Below are positions 31,751 through 43,190 of a stretch of DNA of 64,000 nt, in pieces. Position 1 is the first letter of the stretch, and each line of letters starts with the position of its first letter. The stretch covers positions 19,792-83,791 of the forward strand of contig JAXMOL010000035.1 in assembly GCA_034669905.1 (NCBI GenBank), in the 5' to 3' direction. Source of the DNA: Candidatus Hydrogenedentota bacterium (GTDB lineage: Bacteria; Hydrogenedentota; Hydrogenedentia; Hydrogenedentales; JAEUWI01). Both the position numbers and the translations under genes were made by a program. Below the pieces are notes generated by a model that was given only the letters and a program-made list of their open reading frames with translations, was not told the DNA's origin and made no database searches.

Positions 31751-32707
31751 ATGCTTCTGCGAATGCGAATTTGGGCTGGATTGCTGTTGGCCTTGGCCCC
31801 GGTCCTGGGGACGTCCGCCGAGACCGTGGATGCCATCGTGGCCACGGTGGATACGGAAGTTATTCTCCGCAGTGACATCATGGCGGAGATCCGCCCGGTC
31901 CTGGCTGGTATGACCGCTTCCGAAGTAGAATCGGAAGGAGAGGCGGTCTTTGACGAGGCCCTCGAGCAGGCCATCGAGCAGAAGATTCTCTATCGCGAAG
32001 GTATCCTGAACGACATCAAGATTACCGATGAGCAGGTGGAAGAGCGGATCAAGGGTATTCGGGAGCGCTATGCGTCGGAAGAGGCCTTCCTCGATGCACT
32101 CCGGGATGCCGGTGAAACGATGAGTGACTTCCGGGAACGTATCCGCAAGCAGACCATCGCCCTTTCCATGGGCCTCAGCAAGCGGCGCTATCTGGAGCGG
32201 GATGCCGTCATTTCCGAGGCGGAACTGGCGCAGTATTATCAAGACAACGAAGACCGCTTCCAGAAGCCCGAGCGCGTCAAGCTCTATCGTATTTTCCTGC
32301 GGACAGACGGCACGGAAGCCGGGCGTGCCAAAACGCTCGCCCGTCTCGAAACCTTGCGGGAAGAGCTCGCCCTGGGTGCGGATTTCAGCGCCCTGGCCAA
32401 GGAGCACTCGGAAGGACCTTTCGCGGCAGAAGGTGGGTTCGCCGGGTGGATTGAGCGGGGCGACTTGCAGCAGCAGCTGGAAGAAGTTACCTTTGGTCTC
32501 AATGCCGGGGACGTGAGCCCCATCATCGAAACGGAAACGGGTATGATGCTGTTGTTGGCGGCGGAGAAGGTGGAGGCGGGATTGGCCAGCTTTGACGAGG
32601 CCCGCACGGAAATTGAGCCGATTCTTCGCGAAGATTACGGCACCGAACGCTACAAACGATGGATGGCCGAGTTGCGAAAACGAAGCCGTGTCCGCACGTA
32701 CCAGTAG
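31751..32707 (+). CDS. SurA/PrsA-like parvulin peptidyl-prolyl isomerase
   Basis: Signal peptide, VDAIVATVD.EVILRSDI N-domain, DFSALAKEHS..AEGG, VSPIIET. Confidence 0.9.
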   Translation: MLLRMRIWAGLLLALAPVLGTSAETVDAIVATVDTEVILRSDIMAEIRPVLAGMTASEVESEGEAVFDEALEQAIEQKILYREGILNDIKITDEQVEERIKGIRERYASEEAFLDALRDAGETMSDFRERIRKQTIALSMGLSKRRYLERDAVISEAELAQYYQDNEDRFQKPERVKLYRIFLRTDGTEAGRAKTLARLETLREELALGADFSALAKEHSEGPFAAEGGFAGWIERGDLQQQLEEVTFGLNAGDVSPIIETETGMMLLLAAEKVEAGLASFDEARTEIEPILREDYGTERYKRWMAELRKRSRVRTYQ

Positions 32708-32729
32708 AGACCGGGGCTTGTCCCCTGGG

Positions 32730-33518
32730 ATGTCGGCGGGTGAACGCCCTGCCTCCCTCCTGCCGGTAGTGCCTGGAAACCTTGTACTACGGGCGTGCCG
32801 GATGACATTCTGGGTGCTCTATGACCATCTGGGCCATTTTATCGTGCTGAACCTGCTGACGGTGGTGTTGGTGATGGCGCTGGGATTGCTCTTCGACGGC
32901 CTTGGATGGTCGCCCATCCTGATGGTGGGGCCGGTCGTACTCTTGCTGTTTGTGCTGTCCGGCGGTCAGGGCCACCTTGTGAATACGCTATTGTCCGGTC
33001 AGCCCTTCGACTATCGAACGTTTTTAACAGGCCTTCGCCGATTCGGCGTGCCCCTGGCCTTGTCTGGCCTGGCGGTGGGCGGGGCCATCGCGCTCTGCGG
33101 TCTGGGTGTTTATTTTTATGGGGCCGTGCTTGCGGTCCGCGCGCCTTGGGTCGGCCTGGCATTGGCCCAGCTCTGTGCGTGCACGGGGGTGGGACTCGCC
33201 ATGGTCGCCTTTCATGTGGTCCCGGCGGTGCTGGCCCACCACGGTGCCCTGTGGCCCGCGTGGCGCAGCAGTGTGAAGATTGTGCTGCGGCACCCCGTGG
33301 GGAGCACGGTATTGTTGATGGCGGCCTTGTTGGCGGTGGTTGTGGCCGTGACGCCACCCGGTTTTGTGTTGTTGTCAACGCTCCCGCTGGTGACACTGGC
33401 GTGTTGCGCGTATGAACTGTATGCGCGTGCTTATGCCGCGACCGAGACCGTCTGTGATGAAGCAGACGAATATCTAAATCGTGGGTTCAGAGATTTTCTG
33501 TGCCCCTGGAAGGAATAG
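32730..33518 (+). CDS. Integral membrane protein (possibly DUF624-like)
   Basis: About 6 hydrophobic segments; co-oriented between surA-like and eno; start uncertain. Confidence 0.65.
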   Translation: MSAGERPASLLPVVPGNLVLRACRMTFWVLYDHLGHFIVLNLLTVVLVMALGLLFDGLGWSPILMVGPVVLLLFVLSGGQGHLVNTLLSGQPFDYRTFLTGLRRFGVPLALSGLAVGGAIALCGLGVYFYGAVLAVRAPWVGLALAQLCACTGVGLAMVAFHVVPAVLAHHGALWPAWRSSVKIVLRHPVGSTVLLMAALLAVVVAVTPPGFVLLSTLPLVTLACCAYELYARAYAATETVCDEADEYLNRGFRDFLCPWKE

Positions 33519-34871
<1,353 letters not shown>

Positions 34872-34895
34872 CAGGAGTCCGCGGGGCATGTTTAC

Positions 34896-35204
34896 ATGCC
34901 CGATGCTATGAAACGCACGGAACAGACATGGTATTGGCTGACGCTGGCGCTGGTAACAGCGCTGGCGTTGGCCTATGTTCTTAAACGGGACCTTCAGGGC
35001 CGCTATGCCGATTATCGCCGCACAGTGGAGACGGTGGAGGTGCAGCGGGACGAGGTGGCGCGTTTGCGGGAGACGGTGGCCAATGAGGAGGCCCGTGCCC
35101 ACGGGATGGATCAAAATCCGGTGGAGCAAGAGGCGACGATTCGTCGCGTGAAACGATTGGTGCGCGAAGGAGAGATTATCTTTCGCGTTGAAGAGCGCCG
35201 TTAA
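34896..35204 (+). CDS. ftsB: Septum formation initiator FtsB/DivIC family
   Basis: One TM, coiled coil, C-term EATIRRVKRLVREGEIIF; conserved position after eno. Confidence 0.75.
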   Translation: MPDAMKRTEQTWYWLTLALVTALALAYVLKRDLQGRYADYRRTVETVEVQRDEVARLRETVANEEARAHGMDQNPVEQEATIRRVKRLVREGEIIFRVEERR

Positions 35205-35261
35205 CCGGCCACCCGTAGTCAGTGGGAAGCGCTGCGGACTACCCATAGGAATATAGTTCTT

Positions 35262-36233
35262 CTGAGTCATGAAATTCAGCTAGAGAACCAGGAAGAAGCC
35301 CTTAAGCTCCTGGGTCAAAATGGCGAACTCCGCAAACACCTTCAGGACGCCATGCAAGTGCGTATCGTGGATCGTGGTGCCAATGTGGCCATCATAGGCG
35401 AGGACAAGAACGCCCGCTTTATCGCTGGACTCTTGAGCGAGTTGCTGGTATCGGTACGCCGTGGCCACACGCCGACGGTGGAGGAAATACGGGGCATCCT
35501 GGAAAACGCGACGCCGACAGACGACGCGCCCAAGCTGTTTGATTCGACCCGCACGCCGAGCGTCATCCGCCGTGATCTGCGGGTGCGCCCCCGCACGTCG
35601 GGGCAGGAAGACTACCTGGCCGCCATCGAAGCCCACGAAATGACCTTCGTGATCGGACCGGCGGGCACGGGTAAGACCTACCTCGCCATGGCCGCAGCCC
35701 TCTCGGCCCTGCTGAGCAAGCGGGTGCAGCGGCTGATTCTGACGCGGCCGGCCGTGGAAGCCGGTGAGAGTCTGGGCTTCTTGCCCGGCGATCTGGAAGA
35801 AAAGATCAGCCCCTACCTGCGGCCCCTCTATGACGCCCTCTATTCGATGGCGGATATGGAGCAGATACGGCGGTTGGTGGAAGAAGAGCGCATTGAAGTG
35901 GCCCCCCTGGCCTTCATGCGGGGCCGTACGTTGGACCAGGCCTATGTGGTGCTGGATGAGGCGCAGAACACGACCACCGAGCAGATGATGATGTTTCTGA
36001 CCCGTCTGGGCCAGGGCTCCCGGGCCATCATCACGGGCGATGTGACCCAGTGTGATCTGCCCCGGGGCACCCGCTCCGGCCTTGCTGAGGCCTCCCGCAT
36101 CCTGAAACAGGTACCCGAAATCGGGATGGTCCATCTCAACAAGAAAGACATTGTGCGCAATCCCATCGTGCAGCGTATTATCGACGCGTATGATGAGGAC
36201 AAGGCCCGTCTCGAGACGGTTGTAGACGGCTGA
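35262..36233 (+). CDS. phoH: PhoH-like ATPase (YbeZ), probable non-canonical start
   Basis: GPAGTGKT, RPAVEAGESLGFLPGD, FMRGRT, DEAQN, GDVTQ; frame open upstream of ATG 35352 with a PhoH-like N-terminus. Confidence 0.93.
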   Translation: MSHEIQLENQEEALKLLGQNGELRKHLQDAMQVRIVDRGANVAIIGEDKNARFIAGLLSELLVSVRRGHTPTVEEIRGILENATPTDDAPKLFDSTRTPSVIRRDLRVRPRTSGQEDYLAAIEAHEMTFVIGPAGTGKTYLAMAAALSALLSKRVQRLILTRPAVEAGESLGFLPGDLEEKISPYLRPLYDALYSMADMEQIRRLVEEERIEVAPLAFMRGRTLDQAYVVLDEAQNTTTEQMMMFLTRLGQGSRAIITGDVTQCDLPRGTRSGLAEASRILKQVPEIGMVHLNKKDIVRNPIVQRIIDAYDEDKARLETVVDG

Positions 36234-38719
36234 TGCGGGGGCGTTCGTCCCATAAGAAGGGCCGTCCGGGGCTGTTTGGTCCGCGACTCAGCGGTCGTGC
36301 TGCCGTCAGTCGGAAAGCGCGGCTCATCCACCGTACGGCCATCGCTACGGCGTTTCTGGTCATGGTGATCTGCATTACCCGCACCTCCCACCGGGACCCC
36401 GTCCTCGATGTGCTGGAGAGCGAGATCGACACCCAGCTCTCCAGCCGGGAAATCCGCGCGGCCTTCGATTTTGAGACCGTTGATCTGGAGCTGACCCAAC
36501 GCGCCCAGGAAGCGGCCGAAAGTGCGGTGCCCGATTTTTACCGGGTCGACAGCCAGCGGGTGGCCCAGCAGTTGGCGGCCCTGGATGAGCAAATCGCCTG
36601 GATCGAAGCCCAGCGTCCGGCTGTCAGCGCCATGATCATGAATACGCTGGCCACGCTGACGACCCCCGAAGCGGTGGACGATACGGTGACCAAGGCGGTG
36701 CATCAGTTTGCCAAGGGGCTGCTCAGTGGGGAAGACACCAAGACGGTGTTGGATGAGCACGTGCTGGCCAATTGGCTCATGCCCGACAAATCCTCCCTCC
36801 CCGCCGTGGTCGTGGAAGCGGGTACCGCCTCCGATGAGTTGTCTGAATCGGTGCCCACGGTGCGGCTCGTACCCGACAGTCCTGAGGCCCTGACCTACCA
36901 ACAGAGCGATCAACTGGCCCAACTGACCCGAAAGGGGCTTGAGGCCGTGTTGCGGGTAGGGATTCGTCAACAGACCCTGTTACCCCAGGATCGCAGCCGA
37001 ACCATCGCCCTGTTGCGGGATGCACCGGATACGGAGGGGGAACTCTCCACCGAAACGCGCTATGACGAAGTGATGGACCCCATCGGGGCCCGGGACTATC
37101 TGGACACGTGGCTCCTGGCCGAGGCGGAAAAGCTTGCTGCCGCCGAATCGGCGAATGCCCTGGTCGATCGGGCCTCCCCCGTCGCGGCGGCCTTCATTAC
37201 CGACACGCTGCGTTTTGACAGTGTGGAAACCGATGGGGCCCGCGCGCGGGTTCGCTCGGCGGTGGAGCCGGTGTTGAAACACATTCTGGCCTCCGAAAAG
37301 ATTCAGGATGGCGGCAGTCGCTGGACTGCCCAGACCCGTTCCGATGCGCGGACCTACCTGGGGCTTATCCGGGGCGAGACCCACCCGCTGGCCCGCCTCA
37401 TCAGTGCGGGTATCGCCCACGCGATTCTCGTGGGCCTGGTGATGCTTTGCCTCTACCGCTCTATTGGCCTGTTTCGCGGAGAACGGACGGCCGATGGGCG
37501 AACCCTTTTCCAGCTGGCCCTGTTGTTGATGTGTGGGCTGTTGATTCTGAGCCGCGTGGCCCTCTATTTCGAGCCTACCGGCTTTCTGGTGCCGGTGGCC
37601 GCCTGTGGGATTCTTTACGCCATTCTGGTCAACGTAGGCCTCGCGGCGGTGGTGAGTATTCTCACGGCGACGCTGGTTTCGGCCCAGTATGGCTACGACT
37701 GGCGTCTCTTGACCGTCGGTACGGCCATGTCGATGGCCGGGGTCTTCAGTATTTTCCGGGTACGTCGACGAAGTGACATGGCGGGAGCTTCCATTACGGC
37801 CACGTTGGTCGGTGTCATTATGATGGTGGCGGTGATTCTGGCGACCGATTCCCTGGTAGACGAAGCGACGGCCCGCCGTCTCTTCTTGATTGTATTGAAC
37901 GGGGTTATCTGCCTCCTGGCCATTCCCGCCGTGCTTTCGCCCCTGGAACGGCTTTTTGGCATTACGACCGACATCCAGTTGCTGGAGTACTCCGACTTTA
38001 ACAATGAGTTGCTCGGACGGCTTGCGGTGGAAGCGCCGGGCACGAGTGCCCACAGCCGCATGCTCGGCGATCTGGCCGAAGCCGCGGCCGACGCCATCGG
38101 GGCCAACGGCCTGCTGGCCCGTGTTTCGGCCCTCTACCACGATATTGGCAAGATGCGCCGTTCGGAGTATTTCTCCGAGAATCAGACGGGCTACAACGTC
38201 CACGACGAATTGTCGCCCCGGATGAGTGCCCGGGCCATTGCTGCCCACGTCATCCAGGGTGCGGAACTGGCCAGGGAATACCACCTGCCCAAGCCGATTA
38301 TTGATGGGATTCTGGAACACCATGGCACCTGCCTCATCGGATATTTCTATCAGCAGGCCCTGAAAGAGCAGAAGCACGACGACGTTTCCGAAGACGACTT
38401 TCGTTATCCCGGTCCCAAGCCCCAGCGCCCCGAGACGGCCATTCTGATGATTTGCGATGCGGTGGAGTCGGGCGTGCGCTCTATCAAGAATCCCAACGAA
38501 GAGCGGGTCCGTGATTTCGTCGACAAGATTGTGGCGGCCCGATCGGCCGATCGGCAGTTTGATGACTGCAACCTGACCCTGAAACAGCTGGACACCATCG
38601 CCGAGGTGGTCGCCCAGCGCACCCTTTCCAACCTGCACACCCGCGTGGCCTATCCGGCGACCCGGGCGGAGGATGATGTGGATAATATAATTCCCATGGC
38701 AGGAAACTCCGAATCATGA
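36233..38719 (+). CDS. 7TM-HD (HDIG) phosphohydrolase, PgpH-like
   Basis: TM, large extracytoplasmic domain, 7TM, EAPGTSAHS, YHDIGK, EHHGT, FRYPGPKP; phoH-HD-ybeY synteny. Confidence 0.92.
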   Translation: MRGRSSHKKGRPGLFGPRLSGRAAVSRKARLIHRTAIATAFLVMVICITRTSHRDPVLDVLESEIDTQLSSREIRAAFDFETVDLELTQRAQEAAESAVPDFYRVDSQRVAQQLAALDEQIAWIEAQRPAVSAMIMNTLATLTTPEAVDDTVTKAVHQFAKGLLSGEDTKTVLDEHVLANWLMPDKSSLPAVVVEAGTASDELSESVPTVRLVPDSPEALTYQQSDQLAQLTRKGLEAVLRVGIRQQTLLPQDRSRTIALLRDAPDTEGELSTETRYDEVMDPIGARDYLDTWLLAEAEKLAAAESANALVDRASPVAAAFITDTLRFDSVETDGARARVRSAVEPVLKHILASEKIQDGGSRWTAQTRSDARTYLGLIRGETHPLARLISAGIAHAILVGLVMLCLYRSIGLFRGERTADGRTLFQLALLLMCGLLILSRVALYFEPTGFLVPVAACGILYAILVNVGLAAVVSILTATLVSAQYGYDWRLLTVGTAMSMAGVFSIFRVRRRSDMAGASITATLVGVIMMVAVILATDSLVDEATARRLFLIVLNGVICLLAIPAVLSPLERLFGITTDIQLLEYSDFNNELLGRLAVEAPGTSAHSRMLGDLAEAAADAIGANGLLARVSALYHDIGKMRRSEYFSENQTGYNVHDELSPRMSARAIAAHVIQGAELAREYHLPKPIIDGILEHHGTCLIGYFYQQALKEQKHDDVSEDDFRYPGPKPQRPETAILMICDAVESGVRSIKNPNEERVRDFVDKIVAARSADRQFDDCNLTLKQLDTIAEVVAQRTLSNLHTRVAYPATRAEDDVDNIIPMAGNSES

Positions 38720-39177
38720 TCGAGGTGCGCGTGACGCGGGAATCGCAGGAAACCGGCCTGTTTCGGCGCGATGTGCTGCATCGCCTGGCCACCCGGATTT
38801 GCGCGGAGGAACTGGAAGGTGCAGCGGATGTGGAAGTCAGTGTATTATTCTGCGATGACGAACGTATTCGCACCCTCAACAGGGACTACCGCAATAAGGA
38901 TGCTGCGACCGATGTCCTCTCCTTTGAGCAGCCGGAAGCCCCGGTTCCCGGTCCCCGGCTTCTGGGCGATATCGTCATTTCACTGGAGACGGTGGTGGGC
39001 CGCAATGGCAGCGATCGTGCCGCCATGCGGAATGATGTGCGGCTCCTGTTTTGCCACGGGATGTTACACTTACTCGGATACGATCATGCGACGTCGGAAA
39101 CCCGTCGTATCATGAACGAAAAGCAGGCCCACTACTTGGGCGTGCGGATGGAAGCCGCCTGGCGCACGGACCCGTAA
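38716..39177 (+). CDS. ybeY: rRNA maturation endoribonuclease YbeY
   Basis: LNRDYRNKD.ATDVLSF, LGDIVIS, HGMLHLLGYDH. Confidence 0.97.
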   Translation: MIEVRVTRESQETGLFRRDVLHRLATRICAEELEGAADVEVSVLFCDDERIRTLNRDYRNKDAATDVLSFEQPEAPVPGPRLLGDIVISLETVVGRNGSDRAAMRNDVRLLFCHGMLHLLGYDHATSETRRIMNEKQAHYLGVRMEAAWRTDP

Positions 39178-39210
39178 CGCGTTTACGCAGCGGGTCGCAG
39201 TGATCAGGAG

Positions 39211-41034
39211 GTGGAGCGCAGAAGCGCATTGGAAGAAGACAGTAGTAGTTCATCACGATGGACTCAACGAACCCTCATTATTTGTTGCTGGATCGGTGCA
39301 TTCCTGGCGCTCAGCGGCCTGGGGCGTGATGCGGGTGCCGATGCCCCGGATCCCACGTTGGATATGGAAAACGTGGCGGTCGTGTTCACACCGGTGCTGG
39401 CCGAATTCCAGACCTTGGACGGCAATGACGATGGTTTTCTCTCGCAAGAGGAAATCCAGGCGGTTTACCCGGGCCTCAGCGCGATTCAACTGGAATCGAT
39501 TGACGCCGATGGCGATGGACTTCTGGCATTGGCGGAAGTGCAATCTCCTGTGTGGTCGAGCCTTGTCCCGTCGGTACGGGGCGGGTTTACGGGGCTGGAT
39601 AGCGACGGCAACGGGCAACTGACCCTTTCTGAGCTTCAGACACGGTACCCGGTCGCTTCGGCGGCCTTTCTGGGCCACCTCGATGTAGACGAAAACGGTG
39701 TGCTGACCCTGTCCGAGTTGACGGTGGAAAGCGACGCGCCCCCCTTTCGCCCGGTGCTCCTGGTTGCCGTCGTGGTGTTGTTGGCCTTTTCCGCCTTTTT
39801 CTCTGCCTCCGAAGTGGCCTACTTTTCCCTGAGCCCCCTGCACATACGGGCTATCGGGGAGCGCACCGGCTTACTCGACCGCGAAGTGTCGCGCTTGTTG
39901 TCGCACCCCGGTGAATTGCTGACCTCGATCCTGATGGGCAATTCCATCGTCAATGTATTGCTGGGTGTAACACTGGCCCTTCCGGTGGAGCAGTTGTTTG
40001 AACTCATGCTTCCCCCGGCGTTTTCCTACCTCGCGGCCGTGGCCGCCTGTACGGCTATCCTGGTTATCGTCGGTGAGATCGTGCCCAAGCTGATGGTGGT
40101 GCGCAACAACGAGTTGTATGCCCGTTGGGCGTCCTTTCCGTTGCGATTCTGCAGTGCCCTGCTCCTGCCCCTGCGCCACGGGGTGCTGTGGTTGATTGGG
40201 TTTCTGTTTCGCGTCACGGGGTTCAGCGACATGCGTCCGGCACCCTTCATGACGGATCAGGAGTTTGCCTCCCTCTTGTCAGAGGGCGAGGCAACGGGTG
40301 CCATCGAGAAGGATGAACGGGAAATGATCCAGGGCATCCTGAAGGTGAGCGAGTCGATGGTGCGGGAGATCTTGATCCCCCGGCCCGACATCGTGGCGCT
40401 GAATCAGGAAGCCAACGTGGAAGAAGCGCTCGCCCTGTTTATCGAACACGAATTCGCCCGCATACCGGTTTACGGTGAAAACCTGGATCAGATCACCGGG
40501 ATACTGTATGCCAAGGATCTGTTGTCCCACGTGGACCAGGGCGATATGAACGTGCCCATTACGCCCTTGCTCCGTCCGGCCCACTATGTGCCCGAGACCA
40601 TGACCATTTCCGATTTTATGAAATCGGTGCAGCGGCTGCGAACCCATCTCGCCATCGTGGTGGATGAGTTTGGCGGCACCGAGGGACTGGTTACCCTCCA
40701 CGATGCCCTGCGTGAAATTGTCGGGGAACTGGAAGTGGAAGACGAGACGGAAGAGCCGGCGGTGGTGCAACTGGAAAAAGATTTGTACGAAGTGGACGGT
40801 AGTTTTTCGCTGGACGAGCTGGAGGCCCTTACGGGGGTTCCGGTCAATGATGATGAGCACGCCACGGTGGCCGGATTCCTGATGGAGCAGAGTGACAAGG
40901 TGTTGGAAGTGGGTGACCATATACGCCACGAAGGCGTGCGCTACACGGTGGAAGCCGTGGAGGGCAAGCGTGTTTCCCGCCTTCAGATTCGTGTGGGTCG
41001 CCGCAAGAACAAACGTTCCGGAGGGGCCGCCTGA
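39211..41034 (+). CDS. CNNM/CorB (DUF21-CBS-CorC) transporter with N-terminal signal-like segment and four EF-hands
   Basis: EF loops DGNDDGFLSQEE, DADGDGLLALAE, DSDGNGQLTLSE, DVDENGVLTLSE; FSAFFSASE, GEIVPK, RIPVY, VVDEFGGT; start 39211 or 39229. Confidence 0.9.
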   Translation: MERRSALEEDSSSSSRWTQRTLIICCWIGAFLALSGLGRDAGADAPDPTLDMENVAVVFTPVLAEFQTLDGNDDGFLSQEEIQAVYPGLSAIQLESIDADGDGLLALAEVQSPVWSSLVPSVRGGFTGLDSDGNGQLTLSELQTRYPVASAAFLGHLDVDENGVLTLSELTVESDAPPFRPVLLVAVVVLLAFSAFFSASEVAYFSLSPLHIRAIGERTGLLDREVSRLLSHPGELLTSILMGNSIVNVLLGVTLALPVEQLFELMLPPAFSYLAAVAACTAILVIVGEIVPKLMVVRNNELYARWASFPLRFCSALLLPLRHGVLWLIGFLFRVTGFSDMRPAPFMTDQEFASLLSEGEATGAIEKDEREMIQGILKVSESMVREILIPRPDIVALNQEANVEEALALFIEHEFARIPVYGENLDQITGILYAKDLLSHVDQGDMNVPITPLLRPAHYVPETMTISDFMKSVQRLRTHLAIVVDEFGGTEGLVTLHDALREIVGELEVEDETEEPAVVQLEKDLYEVDGSFSLDELEALTGVPVNDDEHATVAGFLMEQSDKVLEVGDHIRHEGVRYTVEAVEGKRVSRLQIRVGRRKNKRSGGAA

Positions 41035-42266
41035 TGTGGGTTGCCATTTCTCTATTCACACTGGGTATTTTGCTCAACGCTTTTTTTGCGGGCTATGAAA
41101 CGGGCTTTGTCGCCAGTAATCGTATCCGGGTGCGCCACATGGTGGAGTCGGAAAACGATGCCCGAGCGACCCTGTTGCTCCACTATCTCACCCACCCGGA
41201 GCGGATGATTACCGTCGTGCTGGTGGGTACCAACATGGCCTTGGTCATGGGGACCATTGCCCTGACCCGGGAAGTAGGCCCCCTGTGGAGCACGATTATT
41301 GCCACGCCCCTCTTCCTGGTGTTTGGCGAAGTACTTCCCAAGAGTGCCTTTCGCCTCCACCCCACCCGTTTCTCCCTGGCCCTGTTACCCCTGATTCGCT
41401 TTTTCGATCTGGTATTGGCACCCGTGGTGGTGCCCGTGTCCTGGCTATCGGCCAAACTGGTGTCCATGGTGGAGGGGGAAATGAAGGCGGAGGAGTCGCT
41501 CATGAACACCGTGGAAGACATGCGCGTGTTGGTGGACGAGAGTGCGCACCGGGGGACGATTGAAGAAGAGGAAAAGGCGATGATCCACTCGGTCATCGAT
41601 CTCCAAACCAAGTTGGCGAAAGAAGTGATGGTACCCCGCATCAATATGGTGGCCCTGCCCGAGACGGCGAGCCGCAGCGAATTGATTGCGAAGCTCGTGG
41701 AAAGCGGTTATACCCGCCTCCCCGTCTACCGGGAGTCCATCGATGAAATCGTCGGTGTGGTCAATGCCTTTGATGTGCTGCGGGCACGGGAATCCTGCGA
41801 AACCATCGAGGGTTTTATCCAGGACGTACTCCATATCCCCGATACCATGAAGCTCGACGATCTGTTGGAGCGGATGCGGGAACACGGCAGTTCCATCGCG
41901 GTGGTAACCGATGAGTATGGTGGGACCGATGGGATTATCACGCAGGAAGATGTGTTAGAAGAGATCTTTGGCGAGTTTCACGACGAGTACGACAAAGACG
42001 AGACGTCCATCCGCGAAGTGAGCCCAGGGGCCTTTGTGGTCGATGCCCACATGGAATTGGAAGTGGCGGCGGAAGTGATGGGGGTGGAGCTCGATGACGA
42101 TGAGGTGGAGACGGTGGGCGGCTGGGTAATGCACCAGGTGGGTCGCATCCCGGCGACGGGCGAAGTGATACGTGACGACCCTTTCAAGATCACGATTCTG
42201 GAAGGCAGCGCCAACAGCATTTCGCGTCTGCGTATCGAGATCAAGGAAAAGCCGCCCGAGGACTAA
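41034..42266 (+). CDS. CNNM/CorB (hemolysin family) transporter, second paralog
   Basis: NAFFAGYE, GEVLPK, YTRLPVY, DEYGGT, EEIFGE, ETVGG; TGATG overlap with the upstream paralog. Confidence 0.93.
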   Translation: MWVAISLFTLGILLNAFFAGYETGFVASNRIRVRHMVESENDARATLLLHYLTHPERMITVVLVGTNMALVMGTIALTREVGPLWSTIIATPLFLVFGEVLPKSAFRLHPTRFSLALLPLIRFFDLVLAPVVVPVSWLSAKLVSMVEGEMKAEESLMNTVEDMRVLVDESAHRGTIEEEEKAMIHSVIDLQTKLAKEVMVPRINMVALPETASRSELIAKLVESGYTRLPVYRESIDEIVGVVNAFDVLRARESCETIEGFIQDVLHIPDTMKLDDLLERMREHGSSIAVVTDEYGGTDGIITQEDVLEEIFGEFHDEYDKDETSIREVSPGAFVVDAHMELEVAAEVMGVELDDDEVETVGGWVMHQVGRIPATGEVIRDDPFKITILEGSANSISRLRIEIKEKPPED

Positions 42267-42391
42267 ACCGGGTGGGGTGGGCGTAAATTAGAAAACGGGG
42301 GAAGCAGTGCGTAGAATATGGCGTGGTTTCCATTGGGTTGCGGTTTCAACCTTCCGCCAATCCCCGGGATAGTTCCCCAAGAAAGCGGTAC

Positions 42392-43129
42392 ATGAAACGA
42401 GCGAAAAACGACGCCGAATACAACAGTCTTGCCAGCTTCATGCGGGTGTACTTCAAGCAGGTTCAGCGCTATGTGACGACCGGTGTCATGGTGTGGGTGC
42501 CCCTGTTCATTACCATCTGGGTTGCCTGGCTTTTCGTTTCCAAAATTGCCCTGGCCATCCGCGTTTCCATGGGCCACGTGGAAAACTACGTGCGCAACGT
42601 GGGCGAGCGCGTCCCTTCCCTCGACTTTCTCCAGCACTTTCGCTTCGACTCCGATTTCGCGTCCATGGGCACGGGCTTGCTGCTGGCGGTTCTGCTCTTT
42701 TTGTGCACGGGCTTTCTCACCCGCTACCTCGTTGGACGGAAAATTATCGCCACGGGCGAAATGCTCGTGGGCAAGATCCCGCTTATCAGCCGGGTCTATC
42801 TTGCGGTGCAACAGATTCGCGATGTATTTGTAAACCGGGAAGGGGCCGTCTTTCAACAGGTCGTCCTCCTCGAATATCCCCGCAAAGGCATTACCGCCGT
42901 GGGCTTTGTGACGTCCGATGAGCAGGGCATCGTGCAACAGACATCGGGCCGTGTCCTTTCTGCTGTCTTCGTGCCCACGACGCCCAACCCCACCTCGGGC
43001 TTTCTCTTGTATCTCCCCCCCGAGGAGTTGACGCCCATGGATATGAGCGTTGAAGATGCGATGAAGCTGATCGTGTCGGGTGGTGCCTATATCCCGGGCC
43101 ATTCCAAGGTCGAAGAGTCCCCCAGCTAA
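42392..43129 (+). CDS. DUF502 family membrane protein
   Basis: VWVPLFIT, KIPLISRVY, EYPRKG, VFVPTTPNPTSGF, AMKLIVSGG. Confidence 0.9.
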   Translation: MKRAKNDAEYNSLASFMRVYFKQVQRYVTTGVMVWVPLFITIWVAWLFVSKIALAIRVSMGHVENYVRNVGERVPSLDFLQHFRFDSDFASMGTGLLLAVLLFLCTGFLTRYLVGRKIIATGEMLVGKIPLISRVYLAVQQIRDVFVNREGAVFQQVVLLEYPRKGITAVGFVTSDEQGIVQQTSGRVLSAVFVPTTPNPTSGFLLYLPPEELTPMDMSVEDAMKLIVSGGAYIPGHSKVEESPS

Positions 43130-43190
43130 CGGGTGCGGCGGTACGCCCTCGGGTCCGTCCACTGATATTTCAACCGCAGGAGAATTATTC

